Shown here: positions 29,705 through 38,191 of the stretch, piece after piece
Numbering within the stretch: the stretch's first letter is position 1
Layout of the letters: each line of letters begins with the position of its first letter
DNA from: Clostridia bacterium
GTDB taxonomy: Bacteria > Bacillota > Clostridia > TANB77 > CAG-508
Length of the DNA stretch: 64,000 bases
Direction: 5' to 3'
NCBI GenBank assembly: GCA_022792135.1
Contig: JAAWAM010000029.1
Location: forward strand, 117,448 to 181,447
Program-made: the position numbers and the translations under genes
The notes under the pieces: model-generated
The model's input: only the letters and a program-made list of their open reading frames with translations
Databases searched by the model: none
Told to the model about the DNA's origin: nothing

Positions 29705-31288
29705 ATGTTAGTAGCAAATGGAGTTACCGTTAGATTTGGAAAGAGAGTATTATTTGAAGAGGTAAATATTCGTTTTGGAAAAGGGAATTGCTATGGAATT
29801 ATCGGAGCAAATGGAGCTGGAAAGTCAACATTCCTTAAGGTTCTATCAGGAGAGATTGAACCAAGCAAAGGAGATGTGTCAATTGAAAAGGGAGAAAGAT
29901 TATCTGTTTTAAAACAAGACCACTTTGCATTTGAAGACTTTACAGTAATGGATACTGTTATTATGGGAAATAAAGAATTGTACGATATCATGAAAGAAAA
30001 AGAAGAAATCTATGCGAAACCAGATTTCTCAGAAGAAGATGGAATGAAAGCTGCTAAATTAGAGGAAAGATTTGCTGAATTAGATGGATGGAATGCAGAA
30101 GCAGATGCAGCTATGTTATTAAATGATTTGGGAATTATCCCAGAAAATCATTATAAATATATGAAGGAAATAGAGGCAAGAGAAAAAGTAAAAGTACTAT
30201 TAGCACAAAGTTTATTCGGAAATCCAGATGTTTTATTATTAGACGAGCCTACGAACGACTTGGACTTAAAAAGCATTAACTGGTTACAAGAATTTTTAAT
30301 GGATTTTGAAAATACAGTCATTGTTGTATCACATGACCGATATTTTTTAAATAAAGTATGTACCCATATTGCAGATGTAGACTTTGGAAAAATAAAAGTA
30401 TATCCAGGAAACTATGATTTCTGGTACGAATCCAGTCAATTAGCACTAAAACAAGCAAGAGAACAGAATAAGAAAAAAGAAGAGAAAATTAAAGAGTTAC
30501 AAGACTTTATTGCAAGATTTAGTGCCAATGCTTCCAAATCAAAACAAGCAACCTCGAGAAAGAAAACCTTAGAAAAAATTGAACTAGATGAAATTAAACC
30601 ATCTAATCGAAAATATCCATATGTAGACTTTAAACCAGATCGAGAACCAGGAAGGGAAATCCTACAAGTAAAAAATATTTCTAAAACCATAGATGGCGTA
30701 AAATTATTAGATCATATATCTTTTGACGTAAAAGAAGGAAACAAAATTGCATTTTTAGCAGATAACGAACTAGCAAAAACTGTCTTATTCCAAATCATCG
30801 CAGGAGAAATAGAGCCAGATGAAGGTGAACTAGTATGGGGAACAACCATTACGAATAACTATTTTCCAAAAGATAATAACTATCTATTTGAAACAGACGA
30901 AAATGTAACAGAATGGCTTAGAAAATATTCAAAAGATCCAGATGAAACTTATGTAAGAAGTTTTTTAGGAAGAATGCTATTTTCAGGAGATGAAGCATTA
31001 AAAGAGGCAAAAGTATTATCTGGAGGAGAAAAGGTAAGATGTGTATTATCAAAAATGATGTTATCAGGAGCCAATTTCCTAATTTTTGATGAACCAACAA
31101 ACCACTTAGATATGGAAAGTATCACATCTGTTAATGAAGGAATGAAGAAATTTATCGGAAATATTTTATTTACATCTCATGACCATGAATTAACACAAAC
31201 AGTTGCTAATCGTATTATTGATATCAAAGAAGATGGTAAAGTGATTGACAGAGAAATTACCTATAATGAGTATTTAGGAATGGAATGA
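29705..31288 (+). CDS. ABC-F family ATPase (two ABC cassettes, no membrane domain)
   Basis: Walker A GANGAGKST, Walker B LLLDEPTNDLD, signature LSGGEKVR and a second Walker B LIFDEPTNHLD. A charged inter-domain linker is present. Confidence 0.85.
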   Translation: MLVANGVTVRFGKRVLFEEVNIRFGKGNCYGIIGANGAGKSTFLKVLSGEIEPSKGDVSIEKGERLSVLKQDHFAFEDFTVMDTVIMGNKELYDIMKEKEEIYAKPDFSEEDGMKAAKLEERFAELDGWNAEADAAMLLNDLGIIPENHYKYMKEIEAREKVKVLLAQSLFGNPDVLLLDEPTNDLDLKSINWLQEFLMDFENTVIVVSHDRYFLNKVCTHIADVDFGKIKVYPGNYDFWYESSQLALKQAREQNKKKEEKIKELQDFIARFSANASKSKQATSRKKTLEKIELDEIKPSNRKYPYVDFKPDREPGREILQVKNISKTIDGVKLLDHISFDVKEGNKIAFLADNELAKTVLFQIIAGEIEPDEGELVWGTTITNNYFPKDNNYLFETDENVTEWLRKYSKDPDETYVRSFLGRMLFSGDEALKEAKVLSGGEKVRCVLSKMMLSGANFLIFDEPTNHLDMESITSVNEGMKKFIGNILFTSHDHELTQTVANRIIDIKEDGKVIDREITYNEYLGME

Positions 31289-31317
31289 TTTTGGGGACGG
31301 AGGAAAAAATCATGATG
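31285..31317 (+). repeat. REP-like hairpin repeat, copy 1 (33 nt)
   Basis: atgattttggggacggaggaaaaaatcatgatg. The internal stem is atgatttt/aaaatcat. The repeat overlaps the ABC-F stop codon. Confidence 0.9.
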
Positions 31318-31383
31318 TTTTGAGCGAAGGATTCATTTTAGGATGAAAGAGAAAGATTAACAAAAAAAGACAAGGAGATAAAG

Positions 31384-31855
31384 ATGGAAAGAGTTGATAA
31401 AATTAATTATTATTTAAACATAGCAGAAGCAGTAGCAGAACGAGGGACATGTCTTAGAAATAATTATGGAAGTATCATTGTGAAAAACGATGAAATCATA
31501 TCAACAGGATATTCAGGAGCACCACGAGGTAGAAAAAACTGTTTAGAATTAGGATATTGTATAAAAAGTGATATGCCAAGTGGAAAAGGATATGATAAAT
31601 GTAGGTCTGTACACAGTGAACAAAATGCTATGATTAGTGCAGCAAGAAAAGATATGATAGGAGCAACTCTCTATATGGTAGGAATCAATCAAAGAAACGG
31701 AGAATATGTAAAAGATAACTGGCCATGTACCTTTTGTAAAAGAATGTTAATTAATAGTCGGAATGAAAGAAGTTGTTATGAGGGATACCAAAACAGATTA
31801 TCGAATAGAACAAGTACAAGATTGGATTGAAAAAGATGATTCGTTAAAATACTAA
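31384..31855 (+). CDS. comEB: dCMP (CMP/dCMP-type) deaminase; the frame is broken at in-frame CGG (31759..31761)
   Basis: Zinc motifs HSEQNA and PCTFCKRML are present. Skipping C31759 gives ...MLINS-GMKEVVMRDTKTDYRIEQVQDWIEKDDSLKY*, a typical C-terminus, instead of the track ORF ending at 31830. Confidence 0.8.
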
Positions 31856-31935
31856 TCATAATTTTTAGAAAGAAACAATAAAAGCAAATAAGTAGAAAAA
31901 AGGGGTAAAGTAAAATAAGAAAGTGAGTGATTGAG

Positions 31936-32676
31936 ATGGCAAGAGTAGCCAGAGAACATCTTTGTACCTCTTTTTTTCATGTAATGGTACAAGGAATCAA
32001 CAAAGAATTTATATTCAAAAATGATAGATATATAAATCGATATTTACAATTAATGCAAGAGAATTTAAAGAAAGAAGAGATTAAACTAATTGCATTTTGT
32101 ATTATGCATAATCATGCACATCAATTAATTCAAGTAGAAGATGTAGAGAAATTGTCAATCTATATGAGAAGATTAAATAGTATGTATGCTCAGTATTACA
32201 ATTATATGGAAGAAGGAAGAGTTGGTTATGTATTTCGTGATCGATATAAAAGTGAGCCAATAACGGATAAAAGACAATTAATGCAATGTATTAAATATAT
32301 TCATCAAAATCCAGTAAAAGCCAAAATAGTAAAACAAGTAAATGAATATAAATATTCTTCTTACCAATTATATCAAAATGGAGAAATTCAGAAATATGGA
32401 ATTTTTACACAAGAAGAAATTGCATTAATTTGCAATATAGATAAGCCATGTGAAGATGAGTTTTTAGATATAGATGTTGATATAGAGAAGAAAATTAATC
32501 ATAGTATTTCAGAATTTGTTAAGAAAGAAAAGATAAAAGTATTTGAAATATTTGAAAAAGATGATATACTAAAGAAGTTAATAAAATATCTTAAAAGAAC
32601 AAAGAAAATTAACTATACACAAATAATGAAAAAATTAGATATAACAAAAGGGACGATGGAAAGACTAAAAAAATAG
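31936..32676 (+). CDS. Y1 (HUH) tyrosine transposase of the IS200/RayT type
   Basis: The HUH motif lies in IMHNHAHQLI, and the catalytic Tyr context is CIKYIHQNPVKA. The gene is flanked by inverted REP-like repeats. The track ORF starts at GTG 31927. Confidence 0.75.
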   Translation: MARVAREHLCTSFFHVMVQGINKEFIFKNDRYINRYLQLMQENLKKEEIKLIAFCIMHNHAHQLIQVEDVEKLSIYMRRLNSMYAQYYNYMEEGRVGYVFRDRYKSEPITDKRQLMQCIKYIHQNPVKAKIVKQVNEYKYSSYQLYQNGEIQKYGIFTQEEIALICNIDKPCEDEFLDIDVDIEKKINHSISEFVKKEKIKVFEIFEKDDILKKLIKYLKRTKKINYTQIMKKLDITKGTMERLKK

Positions 32677-32678
32677 AC

Positions 32679-32711
32679 CATCATGATTTTTTCCTCCGTC
32701 CCCAAAATCAT
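32679..32711 (-). repeat. REP-like hairpin repeat, copy 2 (perfect 33-nt inverted copy of copy 1)
   Basis: catcatgattttttcctccgtccccaaaatcat is the exact reverse complement of 31285..31317. Confidence 0.9.
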
Positions 32712-32729
32712 GGAAAGGAAGTAGAAACA

Positions 32730-34913
32730 ATGGAGAAAATCATAAAAACAATTGCAGAAGAGCTAAATATTAAACCATCACAAGTAGAAAATACGATTAA
32801 ATTAATTGATGAAGGAAATACCATACCTTTTATTGCAAGATATCGAAAAGAAGTAACAGGAGGATTAAGTGATGAAACCCTTAGGGATTTAGGGGAAAGA
32901 CTAAATTACCTAAGAAATCTAGAACAAAGAAAAGAAGAGGTAATAAAAGCAATTGAAGAACAAGGAAAATTAACAGATGAGATTTTGCAAGCAGTTGCAA
33001 TTAGCAAAACATTAGCAGAAGTAGAAGATATTTATAGACCTTATAAACAAAAAAAGAAGACGAGAGCAACAGTGGCAAAAGCAAAGGGATTAGAGCCACT
33101 AGCTGAAATTATTATAGAACAAAAAGAAACAAACTCAATTGAAGAAATTGCGAAAGAATATATTAATGTTGACAAATTATCAGAAGAAGATAAGAAAAAT
33201 AAAGATAAAGTAGTAGCAACAGTAGAAGAAGCCATTCAAGGAGCATTAGATATCATAGCAGAAAATATTTCAGATCATGCCAAATATAGGAAAGAAATAA
33301 AAAGACAATGCTACCGTGAAGGGTTAGTTGTTACCAAAGCTGCTAAACCAGAAGAAAAATCAAACTACGAAATGTATTATGAATATCAAGAAGCCATAAA
33401 ATACATACCAAGTCACAGGATTTTAGCCATTAATCGTGGAGAAAAAGAGGATTTCTTAAAAGTAAAATTAGAAAAACCAGAAGAAAAAATTCTAAAATAT
33501 ATAGAAAGAGATGTTATAAAAGGGGATACACAATTTACAAGCTTATTAAGAGAAACCATAGCAGATAGTTTTAAACGATTAATCGAACCATCCATTGAAA
33601 GGGAAATTCGTAGCGATTTAACAGAAAAAGCAGAAGAAAAAGCAATTAAAGTATTTGGACAAAATTCAAAGCAATTATTATTAGGGGCACCAATTAAAGG
33701 AAAAACAGTGATGGGATTTGACCCAGCTTATCGAACTGGGTGTAAAATAGCTGTTATCGATGAAACAGGAAAGGTTTTAGATTATACAACTGTTTATCCA
33801 ACAGAACCACAAAATGACGTAGTAGGAGCCAAAAGAGAACTTCTAAAATTAATCGAAAAAGATAAAGTTGATATGATTGCCATTGGAAATGGAACAGCTT
33901 CTAGAGAGTCTGAAATGTTTGTGGCAGATTTAATAAAAGATACCAAAAGAGAAGTACATTATGTGATTGTAAGTGAAGCAGGAGCATCTGTTTATTCTGC
34001 CTCAAAACTTGCAACGGAAGAATATCCAGATATTAATGTATCCATCAGAGGTGCTATCTCCATTGCAAGACGTTTACAAGATCCATTAGCAGAATTGGTA
34101 AAAATTGACCCAAAAGCGATTGGTGTAGGACAATATCAACATGATGTCAATCAAAAAAGATTAGCAGAAAGTTTAACAGGAGTAGTAGAAGATAGTGTTA
34201 ACAAAGTTGGTGTAGATGTTAACACAGCAACACCATCACTTCTTTCTTATGTTTCAGGAATTAATAAAACCATTGCTAAAAATATTGTAAAATACAGAGA
34301 CGAAAATGGGAAATTAAAAAATAGAAAACAATTGTTAAAAGTTCCAAAACTAGGGAAGGTTGCTTTTGAACAATGTGCTGGATTTTTAAGAATTTTAGAT
34401 GGAGATAATCCATTAGAAATTACAGCAGTTCATCCAGAGAGTTATGAGGCAACTGAAAAGTTATTAAATCAAATTGGATTTGATAAAAAAGATTTAAAAA
34501 ACAAAGAAAGCTTAGAAGAAATCCGAGAAAAATTAAAAACTATCAATATAGAAAATACAGCAAAACAACTAGAAATAGGGGAAATGACCTTAACTGACAT
34601 CATAGCAGAACTTAGTAAACCAGGAAGAGACCCTCGTGAAGATATGCCAAAGCCAATCTTAAGAAGTGACGTTTTAAAATTAGAAGACTTAAAAGAAGGA
34701 ATGATATTAACAGGGACAGTAAGAAATGTAATCGATTTTGGAGCTTTTGTTGATATTGGTGTAAAACATGATGGTTTAGTTCATATATCAGAAATGAGTG
34801 AGAAATTTATTAAAAATCCATCTGATATTGTATCAGTAGGAGATGTTGTAAAAGTAAAAGTAATTAAAATCGATAAAGAAAGACAGAAAGTAGGACTTTC
34901 TATGAAAGTATAG
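32730..34913 (+). CDS. tex: Tex-like transcription accessory protein (YqgF/HhH/S1 domains)
   Basis: 727 aa. The N-terminus is IPFIARYRKEVTGGL, and there is a YqgF-like core (GFDPAYRTGCKIAVID). The C-terminal S1 domain is GTVRNVIDFGAFVDIG...GDVVKVKVIKID. Confidence 0.9.
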   Translation: MEKIIKTIAEELNIKPSQVENTIKLIDEGNTIPFIARYRKEVTGGLSDETLRDLGERLNYLRNLEQRKEEVIKAIEEQGKLTDEILQAVAISKTLAEVEDIYRPYKQKKKTRATVAKAKGLEPLAEIIIEQKETNSIEEIAKEYINVDKLSEEDKKNKDKVVATVEEAIQGALDIIAENISDHAKYRKEIKRQCYREGLVVTKAAKPEEKSNYEMYYEYQEAIKYIPSHRILAINRGEKEDFLKVKLEKPEEKILKYIERDVIKGDTQFTSLLRETIADSFKRLIEPSIEREIRSDLTEKAEEKAIKVFGQNSKQLLLGAPIKGKTVMGFDPAYRTGCKIAVIDETGKVLDYTTVYPTEPQNDVVGAKRELLKLIEKDKVDMIAIGNGTASRESEMFVADLIKDTKREVHYVIVSEAGASVYSASKLATEEYPDINVSIRGAISIARRLQDPLAELVKIDPKAIGVGQYQHDVNQKRLAESLTGVVEDSVNKVGVDVNTATPSLLSYVSGINKTIAKNIVKYRDENGKLKNRKQLLKVPKLGKVAFEQCAGFLRILDGDNPLEITAVHPESYEATEKLLNQIGFDKKDLKNKESLEEIREKLKTINIENTAKQLEIGEMTLTDIIAELSKPGRDPREDMPKPILRSDVLKLEDLKEGMILTGTVRNVIDFGAFVDIGVKHDGLVHISEMSEKFIKNPSDIVSVGDVVKVKVIKIDKERQKVGLSMKV

Positions 34914-34920
34914 ATGTTAA

Positions 34921-35001
34921 ATGATTTTGGGGACGGAGGAAAAAATCATGTCGTAATGGCAAAAAAATAGGATGATTTTTTCCTCCGTCCCCAAAATCAT
35001 C
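34921..35001. repeat. inverted pair of REP-like repeats (copies 3 and 4) forming a compound hairpin between convergent genes
   Basis: atgattttggggacggaggaaaaaatcatg at 34921..34950 and atgattttttcctccgtccccaaaatcat at 34972..35000. Confidence 0.9.
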
Positions 35002-35009
35002 CTATTTTT

Positions 35010-36071
35010 TTATTTATATTTTTCTTGAATTTCCTTAATTTTATCAAAGTGATTCTGTAAGATATCTAAGAAGATATCAGTAAGCTCAGGGTCAAATTGC
35101 GTGCCTTTACATCTTTCAAATTCGGAAATGACAGTTTCAATTGGTAAAGAATCACGATAAGTTCTTCGAGAGGTCATTGCATCAAAGCTATCTGCAATAG
35201 CAGCAATTCGAGCTAGATAGGGAGTATCTTCCCCTTTTAACATACTTGGATAGCCTCTTCCATCATATCTTTCATGATGATGTTTTACGATTGGAATGAT
35301 GTCTTTAAAAATACTAGCAGTTGATAGAATATGCCCCCCAATAGATGGATGATTTTTAATTTCAGAGTATTCATCATCTGTTAATTTACTTTCTTTTTGC
35401 AAGATAATATCAGGAACACCAATTTTTCCAACATCATGGAATAAACCACCAACTTGTAAGGTTCTTAAATCTTTGTCAGATAAGCCAACGGCTTTACCGA
35501 TTAATACAGAGAATGCGGAGACTCGATCTGAATGTCCTCTAGTATAAGTGTCTTTTGCCTCAACTGTATAACGTAAGGTTTCAATACTTTCTAAATAGGC
35601 TTTTTCTAATTTTTCATAAGTATCTTCTAATTCTGTATTGATTTTTTTAATTTCCCTCATTTGACTGATTGATTTAATACCAGACTCAATTAATAGTAAT
35701 AATTGGTCAAATTTATCACTTTTTTCGCAATATCCTTGAATATCCAATCTTCTTATAGTATCTAGTGGTGGTGCTAAATCTTTATGACCAGTTAATAATA
35801 AAATATAAAGTTCCTGATTAAATTTTCTGATTTCTTCTACTACCTGGTCACCATGAATTGGCGTCATAATAAAGTCTAAAACCATTAAGTCAAAATGTTC
35901 CGTTTTTACTCTTTCAATGGCCTCTTCTGGGTTGGTTACGCCAATAAAATCATAGCCAGATCTTTTTAAGAAGATGGATAAAGAATCAACAATTCCTTCT
36001 TCATCATCAACGGCGATAATTCTATAATTTTTATTTTCATTATTTTCTAAATTTGGTAATCCTTTTCTCAT
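35010..36071 (-). CDS. response regulator with an HD-GYP (c-di-GMP phosphodiesterase-type) output domain
   Basis: The REC domain has DDEEG...VLDFIMTPIHG. The HD-GYP motifs are HDVGKIGVPD and HHERYDGRGYP. Confidence 0.85.
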   Translation of the reverse strand: MRKGLPNLENNENKNYRIIAVDDEEGIVDSLSIFLKRSGYDFIGVTNPEEAIERVKTEHFDLMVLDFIMTPIHGDQVVEEIRKFNQELYILLLTGHKDLAPPLDTIRRLDIQGYCEKSDKFDQLLLLIESGIKSISQMREIKKINTELEDTYEKLEKAYLESIETLRYTVEAKDTYTRGHSDRVSAFSVLIGKAVGLSDKDLRTLQVGGLFHDVGKIGVPDIILQKESKLTDDEYSEIKNHPSIGGHILSTASIFKDIIPIVKHHHERYDGRGYPSMLKGEDTPYLARIAAIADSFDAMTSRRTYRDSLPIETVISEFERCKGTQFDPELTDIFLDILQNHFDKIKEIQEKYK

Positions 36072-36198
36072 ATTAATTCCCTCATGTCTTTATGATTCAT
36101 ATTTGACTACATTATAGTAATAAAAAGAAAAAAAAGCAATAGTTTTAGGAAAAATTTTTTTTCTTAAAACTATTGAAATATAGCTAAAATCATAAATT

Positions 36199-38190
36199 TT
36201 ATATAGGCAAAAGTATAGTAAAAGTGGTACCTTTTCCTTCTTTTGATTGAATGGTTATATTCCCATTAAAATGTGCTCTAATCGTTGAATATGACATATA
36301 AAGTCCCAGTCCAGTTCCATTTTTTCCCTTTGTGGTAATCATTTCTTTAAATAACTTATCCTTAACCTTTTTAGGTAAACCAGAAGCATAATCTTTGACA
36401 GAAATTAACAAATTATTTTTTTGTTTTTCTACGATTAAATCAATATTTTGTTCCGTTTTTCCTTCATATGCTTGAATTGAATTAGAAATCATATTATTGA
36501 TAACTTGGACTAAACTGTTAACATCTCCACGTATGGTTAAAGTTTCGTCTGTTTTCATGGCAATATTTAAATAGATAATCGCATTTTTTAGTTCATGTTT
36601 CATTAAGATATTCACTCTTTTTAATAATTCGCCAATGGTAAAAGAAATATCTTCTTCATTGGATAGATTAACGGCTTGTCCTTTAACTGCTGTAATAATA
36701 TCTGACATATATTCAGTATGTGTTTTTATTTTAGCAATCCAAGTTGACATATCTTTGGCGATTTCATGATGGTCAGTACTATTTACTTCAGGATCGTCGA
36801 TGGAAGAATCATATTCTTTGATTAAATCATTAAGACCTTCACTAGCACCAGATATAGACATAATAGGGGTTTTTAAGTTGTGGGCAATTCCACCAATTAA
36901 TTGACCAAGTGAAGCTAAACGTTCTTTTTCCATCAGTGTATCTTGGTTATCATGGATTTGATCAATATAACTCTTTGTTAAATCTTGAATACTATTGAAA
37001 GCAACCGTCAAATCTCCAATTTCATCATTAGAGAAAACAGGTAGCTTAGAATTGATGTAATTAGAAGATTTTTGAGAGATGTTAGTTAAATTCTGGGCAA
37101 TTACTTTTAAGTCATTTCCATAAGTGACAGCGATTATAGTAATAAAGAGAATATTAATGAAAATGACAATTCCGAATAATGGAATAATAGAAGTTAGAGT
37201 ATTATTATTAAACACAGAATAACGAATTCCCAAAATCCAATCTTGACCATCAATATTTTTTCGAATAAAAGAGCCTTGTATCGGTGTTCCATAATATTCA
37301 TAAGTATGACCATTATGTGTTTCTTCAAAATCAAAAATATAGGTTTTAAAGAAAGGAGAAAGGGTATCTTTTGATTCATAAACAGTTCCTGTATCAGTTA
37401 AAATAAAGATAGAATCATCTGGTGATTTGCGTTCAATGGTTTGTAAGATGTTTTTTGCTTCTTTAATATTAGAAACAGAAACATTTTCAAAATTAGATAG
37501 CAAAGCTTGTTTATAATAATCAAATAAAGCATCTCCTTTTGTCTCTGTTAATTGAGAATACAAAATCAGAAAACAGAAGACAATAGTAAAAACAAGAAGA
37601 GGTAATAGTTGTAATAATAACTTATTTTTGATATTTAAGCGAATTCCATAGGTTACATTTCTTAATTCAATTTTCTTCAAAACCCTCTCAAATAATAAAC
37701 GGCTCAAAGAATAAATTAATAAAGCAAGTAAAGAACTCATAGAGAAAATGATAAAGGTTGCTTTCAAAGAAAACACTAATTCTTGTTTTAAAAATAACAA
37801 TCCCAAGAAAATTAATAAAGGTGGCAAAAGAAGAACCACAAGTAAAATAACAAAAGGAAAGTTAAAACAAGTTTTAATAATCGGTATCATTTCTGCATTA
37901 TTTTTAATATCAAAATTATCAATTTTTTCTAATCGATTAATCTTTTTAAATACAAAAGGTAAAATAAAAGAAAAGGCAAGAATAGAAAAAGATACAATTG
38001 ATAAATATTGTGTAGTGTAATAAAAATAATTTACTTTAATTTGAAAAGCATTATTAATAGAATCTGGTGCATAATTTAATAATTTAGGAATTAGGGGGTA
38101 ATAAATTATGGATATTGCCAATAAGCCAAATACACAGGCTAAAGTTAGTTGTATATTTAATGGTAATTTTTTTAGTACTTTTTTTATCAT
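36199..38190 (-). CDS. membrane sensor histidine kinase
   Basis: 663 aa with multiple N-terminal TM helices and a HAMP-like segment. The H-box is IAHNLKTPIMSI. N/G boxes (NSIQAY, GTGLGLY) are present. Confidence 0.8.
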   Translation of the reverse strand: MIKKVLKKLPLNIQLTLACVFGLLAISIIYYPLIPKLLNYAPDSINNAFQIKVNYFYYTTQYLSIVSFSILAFSFILPFVFKKINRLEKIDNFDIKNNAEMIPIIKTCFNFPFVILLVVLLLPPLLIFLGLLFLKQELVFSLKATFIIFSMSSLLALLIYSLSRLLFERVLKKIELRNVTYGIRLNIKNKLLLQLLPLLVFTIVFCFLILYSQLTETKGDALFDYYKQALLSNFENVSVSNIKEAKNILQTIERKSPDDSIFILTDTGTVYESKDTLSPFFKTYIFDFEETHNGHTYEYYGTPIQGSFIRKNIDGQDWILGIRYSVFNNNTLTSIIPLFGIVIFINILFITIIAVTYGNDLKVIAQNLTNISQKSSNYINSKLPVFSNDEIGDLTVAFNSIQDLTKSYIDQIHDNQDTLMEKERLASLGQLIGGIAHNLKTPIMSISGASEGLNDLIKEYDSSIDDPEVNSTDHHEIAKDMSTWIAKIKTHTEYMSDIITAVKGQAVNLSNEEDISFTIGELLKRVNILMKHELKNAIIYLNIAMKTDETLTIRGDVNSLVQVINNMISNSIQAYEGKTEQNIDLIVEKQKNNLLISVKDYASGLPKKVKDKLFKEMITTKGKNGTGLGLYMSYSTIRAHFNGNITIQSKEGKGTTFTILLPI

Positions 38191-38191
38191 A

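Larger units (their letters stand above)
31285..32711 (+). mobile_element. REPtron-like unit: inverted REP copies bracketing comEB and a RayT-like transposase
   Basis: See the component features above. The 33-nt perfect inverted copies mark the boundaries. Confidence 0.55.
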
